Position numbers and translations under genes: made by a program. A stretch of 64,000 nt of DNA from an uncultured delta proteobacterium (GTDB lineage Bacteria; Myxococcota_A; Polyangia; Polyangiales; Ga0077539). Below, piece after piece: positions 9,097 to 18,632 of this stretch. The stretch covers positions 32-64,031 of the forward strand of contig CAIMWA010000029.1 of assembly GCA_903845045.1 (NCBI GenBank). Direction: 5' to 3'. Below the pieces are notes generated by a model that worked only from the letters and a program-made list of their open reading frames with translations, was not told the origin of the DNA and searched no databases. Numbering within the stretch: the first letter of the stretch is position 1; the number at the start of each line of letters is the position of its first letter.

Positions 9097-12000
9097 ATGA
9101 TCCATCGCATCGTCGAGTTCTCGCTCCGGCAGCGGGGGGTCATCCTCGTCGCCGCGCTCGTGGTGGTCCTGCTCGGGATCAACGCGTTCAACAACCTGCC
9201 CATCGAGGCGTACCCCGACGTCGCCGACACCTGGGTGCAGATCATCACGCAGTGGCCCGGCCACGCCGCCGAGGAGACCGAGCGCCAGATCACGCTCCCC
9301 ACGGAGCGCGTGATGAACGGCGTGCCGCGGCAGACCGCCATCCGCTCCACCAGCATCGCCGGCCTGAGCGTCGTGACGCTCATCTTCGAGGACGGCACCG
9401 ACAGCTATTTCGCGCGCCAGCAGGTGCTCGAGCGCCTCGGCCAGATCGACCTCCCGGACAACGTGTCGCCGACGCTCGGCCCCCTCGCGAGCCCCGTCGG
9501 AGAGATCCTTCGGTACCGCCTCGTGAACTGCGCGCAGACCCGCGCGCCGCAGTGCCACGACGAGGACTACGCGACGGCGCCGCGCTCGCTCTCGGAGCTC
9601 AAGGACCTCGAGGAGTGGGTCGTCGAGCGCGAGCTCCTCGCCACGCCGGGCGTCGCCGACGTCGTGAGCTTCGGCGGCACCGTGAAGCAGTTCCAGGTGT
9701 TCCTGAACCCGTCGCTGCTGGCCGCGCGCGGGCTGACCCTCGTCGACGTTCAGCACGCGCTCACCGAGGCCAACGGCAACGCCGGCGGCGGCGTCATCGC
9801 GTACGGACCCGAGGCTCTCAACGTGCGCGGCCTCGGGCTGCTCCACCCCGAGCAGATCGCCGACGTCACCGTGGCGACGCGCAACGGCACCCCCATCCGC
9901 GTGCGCGACGTCGGACAGGTGCAGGTGGGCTACCAGCCGCGGCTCGGTCGCGTGTCCGTGAACCGCGACACCGACGTCGTCGCCGCGACGATCCTGCTGC
10001 GCAAGAACGAGCAGGCGCAGACGGTCCTCGACCGCGTGCACGAGCGCATCGAGGACATCAACCACCGCGTGCTGCCGCGCGGCGTGAAGCTGAGCCCGTA
10101 CCACGACCGCACCGAGCTCATGCACCTCACCACGCACACGGTGATGGAGAACCTGCTCGTCGGCATCGGGCTGGTGACGCTCATCCTGTTCGTGTTCCTC
10201 GGCAACGGGCGCGCGGCGTTCATCGTCGGCATCACCATCCCGCTGTCGCTGCTCATCGCGTTCATCTTCATGGACGTCGCGAAGATCCCCGCGAACCTGC
10301 TCTCCATCGGCGCCGTCGACTTCGGCATGATCGTCGACGGCTCCATCGTGATGGTGGAGAACATCTTCCGGCTGCTCACCGAGAAGCAGGAGAAGAACGA
10401 GCCCTACGACCTCGCCGAGCTCGTGCGGGCCGCCGCGCGCGAGGTGGCCCGGCCCATCGTCTTCGCCATCGGCATCATCGTGACGGCGTACCTGCCGATC
10501 TTCACGCTGCAGCGGGTCGAGGGAAAGCTCTTCCGCCCCATGGCGTGGACCGTGGCCTTCGCGCTGCTCGGCGCGCTGCTGCTGGCCATCACCGTGGTGC
10601 CTGTGCTCTGCACGTACCTCTTCCGCTCGAAGGTGAAGGAGTTCCACAACCCGCTCCTCGGCCTCGTGCGGCGCGTGTACCTGCCGTCGCTCACGCGCTT
10701 CCTGAAGTTCCCGAAGTTCGCGCTCATCGTCGGCGCGGTGCTCCTCGTCGCCGACGGAGTCGCCGCGCGGCACATCGGCAGCGAGTTCCTCCCGCACCTC
10801 GACGAGGGCGCCATCTGGATGCGCGTCTCCATGCCGTCGAACATCTCCCTCGCCGAGGCCGAGGCGCTCGTCGACGGCGTGCACACGCCGCATCGCAACA
10901 TCACCGGCGTGCGCGAGATCCTCCAGCGCTTCCCCGAGATCCGCATCGGCAGCGCGCAGATCGGGCGGCCCGACGACGGCACCGACCCGACGGGGTTCTA
11001 CAACGCCGAGTTCCTGATGATCCTCCACGACCGCCACACCTGGCGGCCGCAGTTCCATCAGCACAAGGACGAGCTCATCGACGCCGTGAACCGTGCGGTG
11101 GCCGTGATCCCCGGCGTGAGCCTCGGGTTCTCGCAGCCCATCTCCGACAACGTCGAGGAGGCGCTCACCGGCGTGAAGGGGCAGCTCGCGGTGAAGATCG
11201 TGGGCGACGACCTCAACGCCCTCGACGACATCGCCGACCACATCGCGCGCTCCATCGCCACGGTGCCGGGCGTGGTGGACCTCGGCATCTTCCGCGAGCT
11301 CGGGCAGTCGAACCTGCACATCGAGATCCTTCGTGACCGCGCCGAGCGCTACGGCCTCACCGTCGACGACGTCGAGGACGTCATCGAGGGCGGCATCGGC
11401 GGGTCGTCGGTCACGCAGATCGTCGAGGGCGAGCGGCGCCACGACCTCGTGGTGCGCTACGCCGCCGAGAACCGCGACAGCGTCGACGCCGTGCGCCGGC
11501 TGCTCATCCCGCTGTCCGACGGGCGCACCGTGCCCCTCGGACAGGTCGCCGAGGTGAGCATCATCGGCGGCGCGTCGCGCATCTTCCGCGAGTCGAACCG
11601 GCGCTACATCGCCATCAAGTTCGGCGTGCGCGACCGCGACCTCGGCTCCACCGTCGCCGACGCGCAGGCGAGGGTCGGGCGCGCGGTTCGCGTCCCGCCG
11701 GGCTACCAGGTCACCTGGGGCGGCGAGTTCGAGAGCGCGCGCCGCGCCGGCAAGCGCCTCGCCCTCGTCATCCCCGCGACGGTGGTGCTCATCTTCGTGC
11801 TGCTCTTCGCCATGTTCCGGCGCGCGCGCGAGTCGCTCATCATCCTCGCGAACGTGCTCCTCACGTCGCCCTTCGGCGGGCTCGTCGCGCTGGTGCTCAC
11901 GCGCACGAACTTCTCGGTGAGCTCCGGCGTCGGGTTCCTCGCGCTCTTCGGGGTGTCGGTGCAGACCGGCGTGATCCTCGTGGCGTACATCAACGAGCAG

Positions 12001-12294
12001 CGCGCCGAGGGGCTCGCCCTCGACGACGCCATCAAGAAGGCCGCGGACCTCCGCCTGCGCCCGATCATGATGACGGCCCTCGTGGCCACCCTCGGCCTGC
12101 TGCCCGCCGCCATGAGCACGGGCATCGGCTCGGACTCGCAGAAGCCCCTCGCCATCGTCGTCGTGGGCGGACTCGTGTCGTCGCTCACGCTCTCGCTGAT
12201 GATGCTGCCGCTCCTCTACAAGCTCTTCGCGCCGACCATCGTGATGTCGGAGCAGCGCATGCTCGAGGAGTCGAAGGCGCCCGACGAGGCCTGA
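9097..12294 (+). CDS. CusA/CzcA-family heavy-metal efflux RND transporter (1065 aa)
   Basis: The N-terminus MIHRIVEFSLRQRGVILV...LPIEAYPDVADTWVQIITQWPGHAAEE is the typical CzcA/CusA start. There are 12-TM-like hydrophobic blocks and two large periplasmic loops. No outer-membrane factor gene is adjacent. Confidence 0.9.
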   Translation: MIHRIVEFSLRQRGVILVAALVVVLLGINAFNNLPIEAYPDVADTWVQIITQWPGHAAEETERQITLPTERVMNGVPRQTAIRSTSIAGLSVVTLIFEDGTDSYFARQQVLERLGQIDLPDNVSPTLGPLASPVGEILRYRLVNCAQTRAPQCHDEDYATAPRSLSELKDLEEWVVERELLATPGVADVVSFGGTVKQFQVFLNPSLLAARGLTLVDVQHALTEANGNAGGGVIAYGPEALNVRGLGLLHPEQIADVTVATRNGTPIRVRDVGQVQVGYQPRLGRVSVNRDTDVVAATILLRKNEQAQTVLDRVHERIEDINHRVLPRGVKLSPYHDRTELMHLTTHTVMENLLVGIGLVTLILFVFLGNGRAAFIVGITIPLSLLIAFIFMDVAKIPANLLSIGAVDFGMIVDGSIVMVENIFRLLTEKQEKNEPYDLAELVRAAAREVARPIVFAIGIIVTAYLPIFTLQRVEGKLFRPMAWTVAFALLGALLLAITVVPVLCTYLFRSKVKEFHNPLLGLVRRVYLPSLTRFLKFPKFALIVGAVLLVADGVAARHIGSEFLPHLDEGAIWMRVSMPSNISLAEAEALVDGVHTPHRNITGVREILQRFPEIRIGSAQIGRPDDGTDPTGFYNAEFLMILHDRHTWRPQFHQHKDELIDAVNRAVAVIPGVSLGFSQPISDNVEEALTGVKGQLAVKIVGDDLNALDDIADHIARSIATVPGVVDLGIFRELGQSNLHIEILRDRAERYGLTVDDVEDVIEGGIGGSSVTQIVEGERRHDLVVRYAAENRDSVDAVRRLLIPLSDGRTVPLGQVAEVSIIGGASRIFRESNRRYIAIKFGVRDRDLGSTVADAQARVGRAVRVPPGYQVTWGGEFESARRAGKRLALVIPATVVLIFVLLFAMFRRARESLIILANVLLTSPFGGLVALVLTRTNFSVSSGVGFLALFGVSVQTGVILVAYINEQRAEGLALDDAIKKAADLRLRPIMMTALVATLGLLPAAMSTGIGSDSQKPLAIVVVGGLVSSLTLSLMMLPLLYKLFAPTIVMSEQRMLEESKAPDEA

Positions 12295-12323
12295 CGGCCG
12301 CGGGCCGCGGGAAGGTCCGGTCC

Positions 12324-12356
12324 GCGCCGTCGCGCTCCCGAGGGAGCCGGCGGCGC
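12324..12356. terminator. Imperfect GC-rich hairpin between the convergent RND gene and the Cys-rich gene
   Basis: The outer arms gcgccg (12324-12329) and cggcgc (12351-12356) pair, as do the inner arms gctcc/ggagc, with an internal loop. There is no U-tract. Confidence 0.25.
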
Positions 12357-12372
12357 GGGGTCCGGAGCAGGA

Positions 12373-13314
12373 TCAGTAGCCGCACATCGAGGGATCGCCG
12401 CCGGTGCCCGCCACGCAGGTGAGCGGCGCGGTGCAGTCGGCGTTCGTCGTGCAGAGCTTGAAGAGGCACACGCCCTCGTTGTCGAGCACCTCGCCGGTGT
12501 CGCTCGTCGCCGAGTCGACCTGGATCACCGACGGGCTGTCGGGGCACGCCGTCGTCACGCCGAGGTTGATCATGCTGCCGCACTGCCCCTGGTTGGCGTT
12601 GTCGCCGATCTGGTAGCAGAAGCCGCGGCACTGGTGGTTCGTCGCCGGCGTGCCGCTGGTGATCGTCGGATCGCAGGGCTCGCCGTCGGCCCGCAGCGTC
12701 ATGTCGAGGGCGGCGCCGCACTCGCCAGTGCGCGGGTTGCAGTGGTCCGGCGGAGCGCACTGGCTGTCGTTCGCGCAGAAGCGGTCGCAGCCGGTGACGT
12801 CGGGCTGCAGGTCCATGTGCGTGTCCCACCAGCCCGTGCAGATCTGCCCCGCGGGACAGGCGTTCGGCGTGCCCGCGCGCGCCGTCGGGACGCACGTGCG
12901 CGTGCAGATCGAGAAGTCGTTGGGCGAGTCGTTGAAGGTCAGGCACGTGCTGCCCGTGCCGCCGCACTGCATCTGCTCGTTGGCCTGGCTCGGGTTGTCG
13001 GTGCAGTCGCCGCTGCAGAACCCGCCGGGCACGTAGTCCTGGCACGTGAGCACGGTGCCGCAGCCGACGCCGCCGTCGTCGCTGCACGAGCGCCCCGCCG
13101 TCGACGGACCGAGGTCCTGCGCCACGCCCGCGTCGCGACCCGCATCGATGCGGCCTGCGTCCGCGCGCGGGGCGTCGCTGGCGGACGGCTGGTCCGTCGC
13201 GGGGTAGCCGAGGTCCGTCGCCGTCGACGCGTCCTGCGTCGAGGTGTTGTTGCCGCTCGAAGAGCAGGCCGTCGCGGCGAGGAGCACGAGCACCGAAGAG
13301 AGAGCGGATCGCAT
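12373..13314 (-). CDS. Secreted cysteine-rich lipoprotein (313 aa) of unknown function
   Basis: MRSALSSVLVLLAATACSS gives a lipobox, followed by an acidic Asp/Thr/Ala linker and then a Cys-rich domain of about 240 aa. That domain is clearly paralogous to the C-terminal half of the 32211..33809 product (GGFCSG.C, Q.QCGG.G.TCL, CTG.W, FC..D.QCA, C...DC..PL.CV). Confidence 0.8.
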   Translation of the reverse strand: MRSALSSVLVLLAATACSSSGNNTSTQDASTATDLGYPATDQPSASDAPRADAGRIDAGRDAGVAQDLGPSTAGRSCSDDGGVGCGTVLTCQDYVPGGFCSGDCTDNPSQANEQMQCGGTGSTCLTFNDSPNDFSICTRTCVPTARAGTPNACPAGQICTGWWDTHMDLQPDVTGCDRFCANDSQCAPPDHCNPRTGECGAALDMTLRADGEPCDPTITSGTPATNHQCRGFCYQIGDNANQGQCGSMINLGVTTACPDSPSVIQVDSATSDTGEVLDNEGVCLFKLCTTNADCTAPLTCVAGTGGDPSMCGY

Positions 13315-13468
13315 GAAGGGCCTCGAGGTGAATAGGGTGGAGAGGGGCGCGCCGAGCGCGAATGGCCGCGGAATCTACACGAACGCTCGCGCTCTGCGAG
13401 CCTCGGCATGCTAAGCGACAGGCTCCGTTGGAGACGCGGCGATGGCGCCGCACGCACTGGAGATGACG

Positions 13469-14134
13469 ATGCGAACGAAGATCATTCTTGGAACGAGCCT
13501 GCTCCTCTCTGCCTTCGCGGCCGGCTGCGGCGACAGCGCCTCGACGGCGGACGCCTCGGTGACCGACGTGGGAACGCCCAGCGACACCGGCTCCGCGACG
13601 ACGGACACCGGCGCGGTGACCGATGCGGGACCGCACGCCGACAACCCCGTGGTGACGGACGTACCCGCGGTGACGGACGTGCCGGTCGCGACCGACGTTC
13701 CTGCGGTGACCGACGTCCCCGCGGTGACGGACGTTCCCGCCGCGACGGACGTTCCCGCCGCGACGGACGTTCCCGCTGCGACGGACGTTCCCGCGGTCTT
13801 CCCGGTGCTGCACGGCTGCGCGGCGACGGACTACGTCGACCAGAGCGCCGCCGCCGGTGTGCGCACGGTGTCCTTCGGTGGCGTGGCCTACACGCCGAGG
13901 TGCCTGACCATCGCGGCGGGCCAGTCGGTGAGCTTCTCCGGTTCCTTCGCGGCGCACCCGCTTCGCGGCGGCCTCGCGCCGGGACAGACCGGCACCGCGA
14001 CGACGCCGAACCCCATCGCGAACACCGACACCGGATCGACGGCGGCGTTCACCTTCGCCACGCCTGGCTTCTACCCGTTCTACTGCAACGTGCACTTCGC
14101 GTCGGGCATGACCGGCGTCGTGCAGGTCCGCTGA
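13469..14134 (+). CDS. Cupredoxin (plastocyanin/azurin-like type-1 copper) lipoprotein with a VTDVPA tandem linker
   Basis: The lipoprotein signal is MRTKIILGTSLLLSAFAAGC, with GGAG 6 nt upstream. The track ORF starts at 13442, and 13463 is another possible start. The C-terminal domain has candidate T1Cu ligands: FAAHPL ... FYCNVHFASGM, i.e. C-x2-H-x4-M. Confidence 0.8.
   Translation: MRTKIILGTSLLLSAFAAGCGDSASTADASVTDVGTPSDTGSATTDTGAVTDAGPHADNPVVTDVPAVTDVPVATDVPAVTDVPAVTDVPAATDVPAATDVPAATDVPAVFPVLHGCAATDYVDQSAAAGVRTVSFGGVAYTPRCLTIAAGQSVSFSGSFAAHPLRGGLAPGQTGTATTPNPIANTDTGSTAAFTFATPGFYPFYCNVHFASGMTGVVQVR
13652..13795 (+). repeat. In-frame 18-bp tandem repeat, 8 units, encoding (V/A)TDVP(A/V)
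   Basis: Read directly: gtgacggacgtacccgcg and its variants occur 8 times consecutively inside the cupredoxin gene. Confidence 0.9.
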
Positions 14135-14144
14135 ACCCGACCCG

Positions 14145-14166
14145 GGGCGCTCCGGCCGGGGCGCCC
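14145..14166. terminator. GC hairpin in the 40-bp gap between convergent genes
   Basis: The arms gggcgc (14145-14150) and gcgccc (14161-14166) are reverse complements around a 10-nt loop. There is no U-tract. Confidence 0.25.
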
Positions 14167-14174
14167 GCGAAACC

Positions 14175-15788
14175 TCACCGCATGCAGAGCGAGAGCGGCG
14201 TGCCGTCGTAGGCGGTGCCGTCGGCCATGCAGTGCATGCCGGTGGGGCAGAGGCGGTCGGGACAATACCGGGTGCAGTAAGCCGTTCCGCCGGTGCCGGG
14301 CAGGCACAGCCCGGTGGCGCAGTCCGCGGCGCGCGCGCAGGTGCCGTTGACGGCCACGGAGCCGAACACGGCGCGCTGGCAGGTCATGTAGACGTCGGCG
14401 CCGTCGGGCATGGGCTTGCACGCGAAGCCCGGCGGGCACCCGCCGGTGGGGGTGCACCCCTGCACGCAGGTGCTCGTCGAAGGATCGCAGATGCCGCTGA
14501 TGCAGAGGTTCGAGGCGACGCTCCCGCAGGCGCCGCCCAGGGGGTGGTTGCCGATGATCCGGTCGACGCCGGTCGCGACGCCGGTCACCGGCGGAACGCA
14601 CACGGTCTGTGGAACCCCCGAGAGCAACTGGCACTGGTACGGCGAGAGGTGCGTCGGGACGCCGGTGCCGGGGTTGACCGTCATGCGCACCGGGCAGTCC
14701 GTGGCGGAGCGGCAGAACGAGCTGCAGAAGCCGGTGCCGTTGGAGACGTAGCAGAGCCCGGAGACGCAGTCCGCGCCGCTGTTGCACGGCTGCTCGACGA
14801 CGATGCAGAGGCGAACGCCGGCGAGCCCGGGCGCGTCCTGGCAGCCGAAGCCCGCGGGGCAGTCGGCGGCGACGCGGCACTCGCGGGTGCAGTGGCCCGT
14901 GCCGATGCTGTTGCCGAGGCAGTACCGCGCGCACATCGACGACGTGGCGGGCGTGCAGACGACGCCGGTGTCGTCGGGCACGCAGAGTCCCGGACCCCCG
15001 ACGCCCATGGCGCACTCGAAGCCCACGCCGCAGTCGCTGTTTGCGGCGCAGGTCTGCGTGCACCAGCGCGCGCCGGTGGGGTTCGTGTAGCAGTGGTTGG
15101 TGATGCAGTTCGCGTCCGTCGTGCACGGATCGAGGTAGCCCCCGCGCACGCCCGTGTCCGGCGGACCGGTGTCGACGGGGCCGGTGTCGGCGGGTCCTGT
15201 GTCCCGCGGACCGGTGTCGACGGGGCCGGTGTCGACGGGCCCCGTGTCCCGCGGACCGGTGTCGACGGTGCCGGTGTCGATGGGTCCTGTATCCGCAGGA
15301 CCTGTGTCGGCAGGGCCGGTGTCCGTCGTACCGGCGTCGACGACGACGTCCATCGGCGGCGTGTCCATCGGAGCGACGACGTCCGTCGGCGGAGCGCTGG
15401 TGTCCGCCGGCGGGCCGGCGTCGGCCGGGGTCGTTGCGTCGGGGTCCGTCGTCACCACGTCCGCGGCGGGTGCGTCGGCGATCGGGTTCCCCGCATCCCC
15501 AGCGTCGTCGGCGGATCCCGCGTCCTTCTTCGTGCCGGCGTCGTCCGGCGAGCTGCAGCGACCGCGGGCGAGGTCGCAGACGCGGCCGCCGGTGCACTCG
15601 GTGTCCGTCGTGCAGTCGACGTGGCAGACGTTCGCGACGGTGCAGTACGTGCCGTTGGCGCAGTCGGTGTCGCCGAGGCATCCGCCCGACGCCGCGCACC
15701 GCGCCGTGACCACCGCCGACGCCACCGCGAGCGCGCCCACGCGCAGCATCGCGGACCATCCCGAGCGCCACCCGCGTCCACCAGCCAT
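14175..15788 (-). CDS. Secreted cysteine-rich repeat protein (about 537 aa) with a DTGPx pentapeptide tandem tract
   Basis: I trimmed the track ORF 14175..16151 to the ATG at 15788; 15749 (MLRVGALAVASAVV) is an alternative. A signal peptide is present. DTGP(A/V/R/I/P) occurs about 12 times, followed by about 6 modules of the type C...(A/S)DC..G..C.......G.C...C....DCP.G..C. Confidence 0.8.
   Translation of the reverse strand: MAGGRGWRSGWSAMLRVGALAVASAVVTARCAASGGCLGDTDCANGTYCTVANVCHVDCTTDTECTGGRVCDLARGRCSSPDDAGTKKDAGSADDAGDAGNPIADAPAADVVTTDPDATTPADAGPPADTSAPPTDVVAPMDTPPMDVVVDAGTTDTGPADTGPADTGPIDTGTVDTGPRDTGPVDTGPVDTGPRDTGPADTGPVDTGPPDTGVRGGYLDPCTTDANCITNHCYTNPTGARWCTQTCAANSDCGVGFECAMGVGGPGLCVPDDTGVVCTPATSSMCARYCLGNSIGTGHCTRECRVAADCPAGFGCQDAPGLAGVRLCIVVEQPCNSGADCVSGLCYVSNGTGFCSSFCRSATDCPVRMTVNPGTGVPTHLSPYQCQLLSGVPQTVCVPPVTGVATGVDRIIGNHPLGGACGSVASNLCISGICDPSTSTCVQGCTPTGGCPPGFACKPMPDGADVYMTCQRAVFGSVAVNGTCARAADCATGLCLPGTGGTAYCTRYCPDRLCPTGMHCMADGTAYDGTPLSLCMR
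15147..15330 (-). repeat. In-frame 15-bp tandem repeat, about 12 units, encoding DTGPx
   Basis: Read directly on the + strand as repeated ggaccggtgtcgacg / gggccggtgtcg variants. Confidence 0.9.
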
Positions 15789-15846
15789 CCTTGCTTGTAT
15801 ACAGTTCTTTCCGGTGCTCCGCGACCGGGTGCTAGGGTCGGTTCCG

Positions 15847-16887
15847 ATGGCGAGCGTCGTGGCGAGAGGCTTGGTCGCGGTGGCGCTGGCGACCGCATGT
15901 GGCGTGGGCGCGGCGCAGGCGCACTCGCGGCACCACCACCACCACGCGAACCACGGGCACCACCACACCCGTCGCGACGGCGCGAGCGCCCGCCCGGCGG
16001 CCGCCGAGCCCGCGAGACCTCCGACCAGCGTCGCCCCGGCGGCCACCGCTGGCGCCGCGCGCACCTTCCGCGGCCACGACGAGGACGCCCTGCTCCACGA
16101 CATGGCCACGCGGCCCGTGCTGCGCGTCATGGAGCGCTTCAGCAGCAGCACCCTCGTCTACCACTGCGACCTCGGCAACGGCCTCGAGGTGGCCTTCAAG
16201 CCCGCCCGCCGCGGCGAGCACCAGTGGTGGAAGCACGAGGTGCTGGGCTACCGCCTCGCGCGCGTGCTCGGCATCACCGGCCGCGTGCCTCCCGTCGTGA
16301 GCCGCACGGTCCCGCTGTCGGCGCTGCGCGGCTACACCCACGGCGCCGACCTCATCGTCGAGCGCGACGGCACCGTGCGCGGCGCGGCGATCTTCTGGAT
16401 GCCCGTGCTGCACCACGCCGGGCTGCACACCGGCGCTCCCCGCGCGCAGTGGGAGCACTGGCTCGACGCCCGCACCGACGTGCCCCCGGCGAACCGCCGC
16501 CGGGCGTCGCAGATCTCGGCGCTGCTCGCCTTCGACTACCTGCAGGCCAATTTCGACCGGTGGAACACCGCGAACGTACCCGTCGACGAGCACGACGACC
16601 TGGTGTTCCGCGACAACAACCGCGGGTGGTTCATGGAGAACCTCGCGCGCACCGACATGGGCACCGTGGTGCCGCCGCAGCGGGTGCCGTCGTGGATGCT
16701 CGCGGGCATCGAGCGCGCGACCCCCGAGGCCGTGCGCGCCGAGATCGCCCGCGACGGCCTCCCGTTCCATCGGCTGGCGCAGCGGTCGTACTGGGACGCC
16801 TACGCCGCCCGCCGCGAAGCGCTGCTCCGGCAGCTCCGCGAGGCCATCACCCGCTTCGGCCGCGACCGCGTGCTGTTGGACGAGTGA
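15847..16887 (+). CDS. Secreted atypical kinase-like protein (Fam20/Fjx1-like motif blocks, tentative) with an N-terminal His-rich tract
   Basis: I trimmed the track ORF 15154..16887 to the ATG at 15847 (MASVVARGLVAVALATACGVGAAQA), which gives a signal peptide. A His tract follows (HSRHHHHHANHGHHH). The motif blocks are LEVAFKP, HEVLGYRLARVLGITGRVPPVV, LLAFDYLQANFDRWN and VFRDNNRGWF. Confidence 0.8.
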   Translation: MASVVARGLVAVALATACGVGAAQAHSRHHHHHANHGHHHTRRDGASARPAAAEPARPPTSVAPAATAGAARTFRGHDEDALLHDMATRPVLRVMERFSSSTLVYHCDLGNGLEVAFKPARRGEHQWWKHEVLGYRLARVLGITGRVPPVVSRTVPLSALRGYTHGADLIVERDGTVRGAAIFWMPVLHHAGLHTGAPRAQWEHWLDARTDVPPANRRRASQISALLAFDYLQANFDRWNTANVPVDEHDDLVFRDNNRGWFMENLARTDMGTVVPPQRVPSWMLAGIERATPEAVRAEIARDGLPFHRLAQRSYWDAYAARREALLRQLREAITRFGRDRVLLDE

Positions 16888-16915
16888 TCGGTTCGTCGGG
16901 TATGTGCGCGCGGCC

Positions 16916-18514
<1,599 letters not shown>

Positions 18515-18632
18515 CGGCGGTCCCGCCGCCCGCCCTTCGCCCGCCCTTCGCCCGCACCGAGGCCGAAAAGACGCGGAACGTGGTACGGATTCGCTGGCAC
18601 ACTCGCCCCATGCTCTCGCCCAGGCAACGCAC

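Noticed and set aside
8896-11442. 848-aa minus-strand ORF and the 9252..11336 + ORF inside the RND transporter gene.
   Set aside because: They are Arg/Asp/His-rich junk overlapping an unmistakable CzcA/CusA-family frame.
12185-14095. 636-aa minus-strand ORF spanning three genes and two intergenic regions.
   Set aside because: It crosses the lipoprotein-signal starts of two divergent genes. Its composition is R/G-rich and it has no motifs.
13652-15330. Short tandem repeats (15-24 bp) as possible CRISPR arrays or minisatellites outside genes. The same was considered for 32328-32459 and 55150-55255.
   Set aside because: The units are contiguous with no spacers. Their lengths are multiples of 3, and they lie in frame inside well-supported CDSs. 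No cas genes are present.
18595-18613. TGGCAC near the FAD oxidoreductase start as a sigma-54 promoter (an NtrC-like activator is encoded in the window).
   Set aside because: The required GC/TTGC element is absent: at GG-N10 the sequence reads cc. Other TGGCAC occurrences (for example about 41948 and 43224) are inside CDSs and also lack TTGC.
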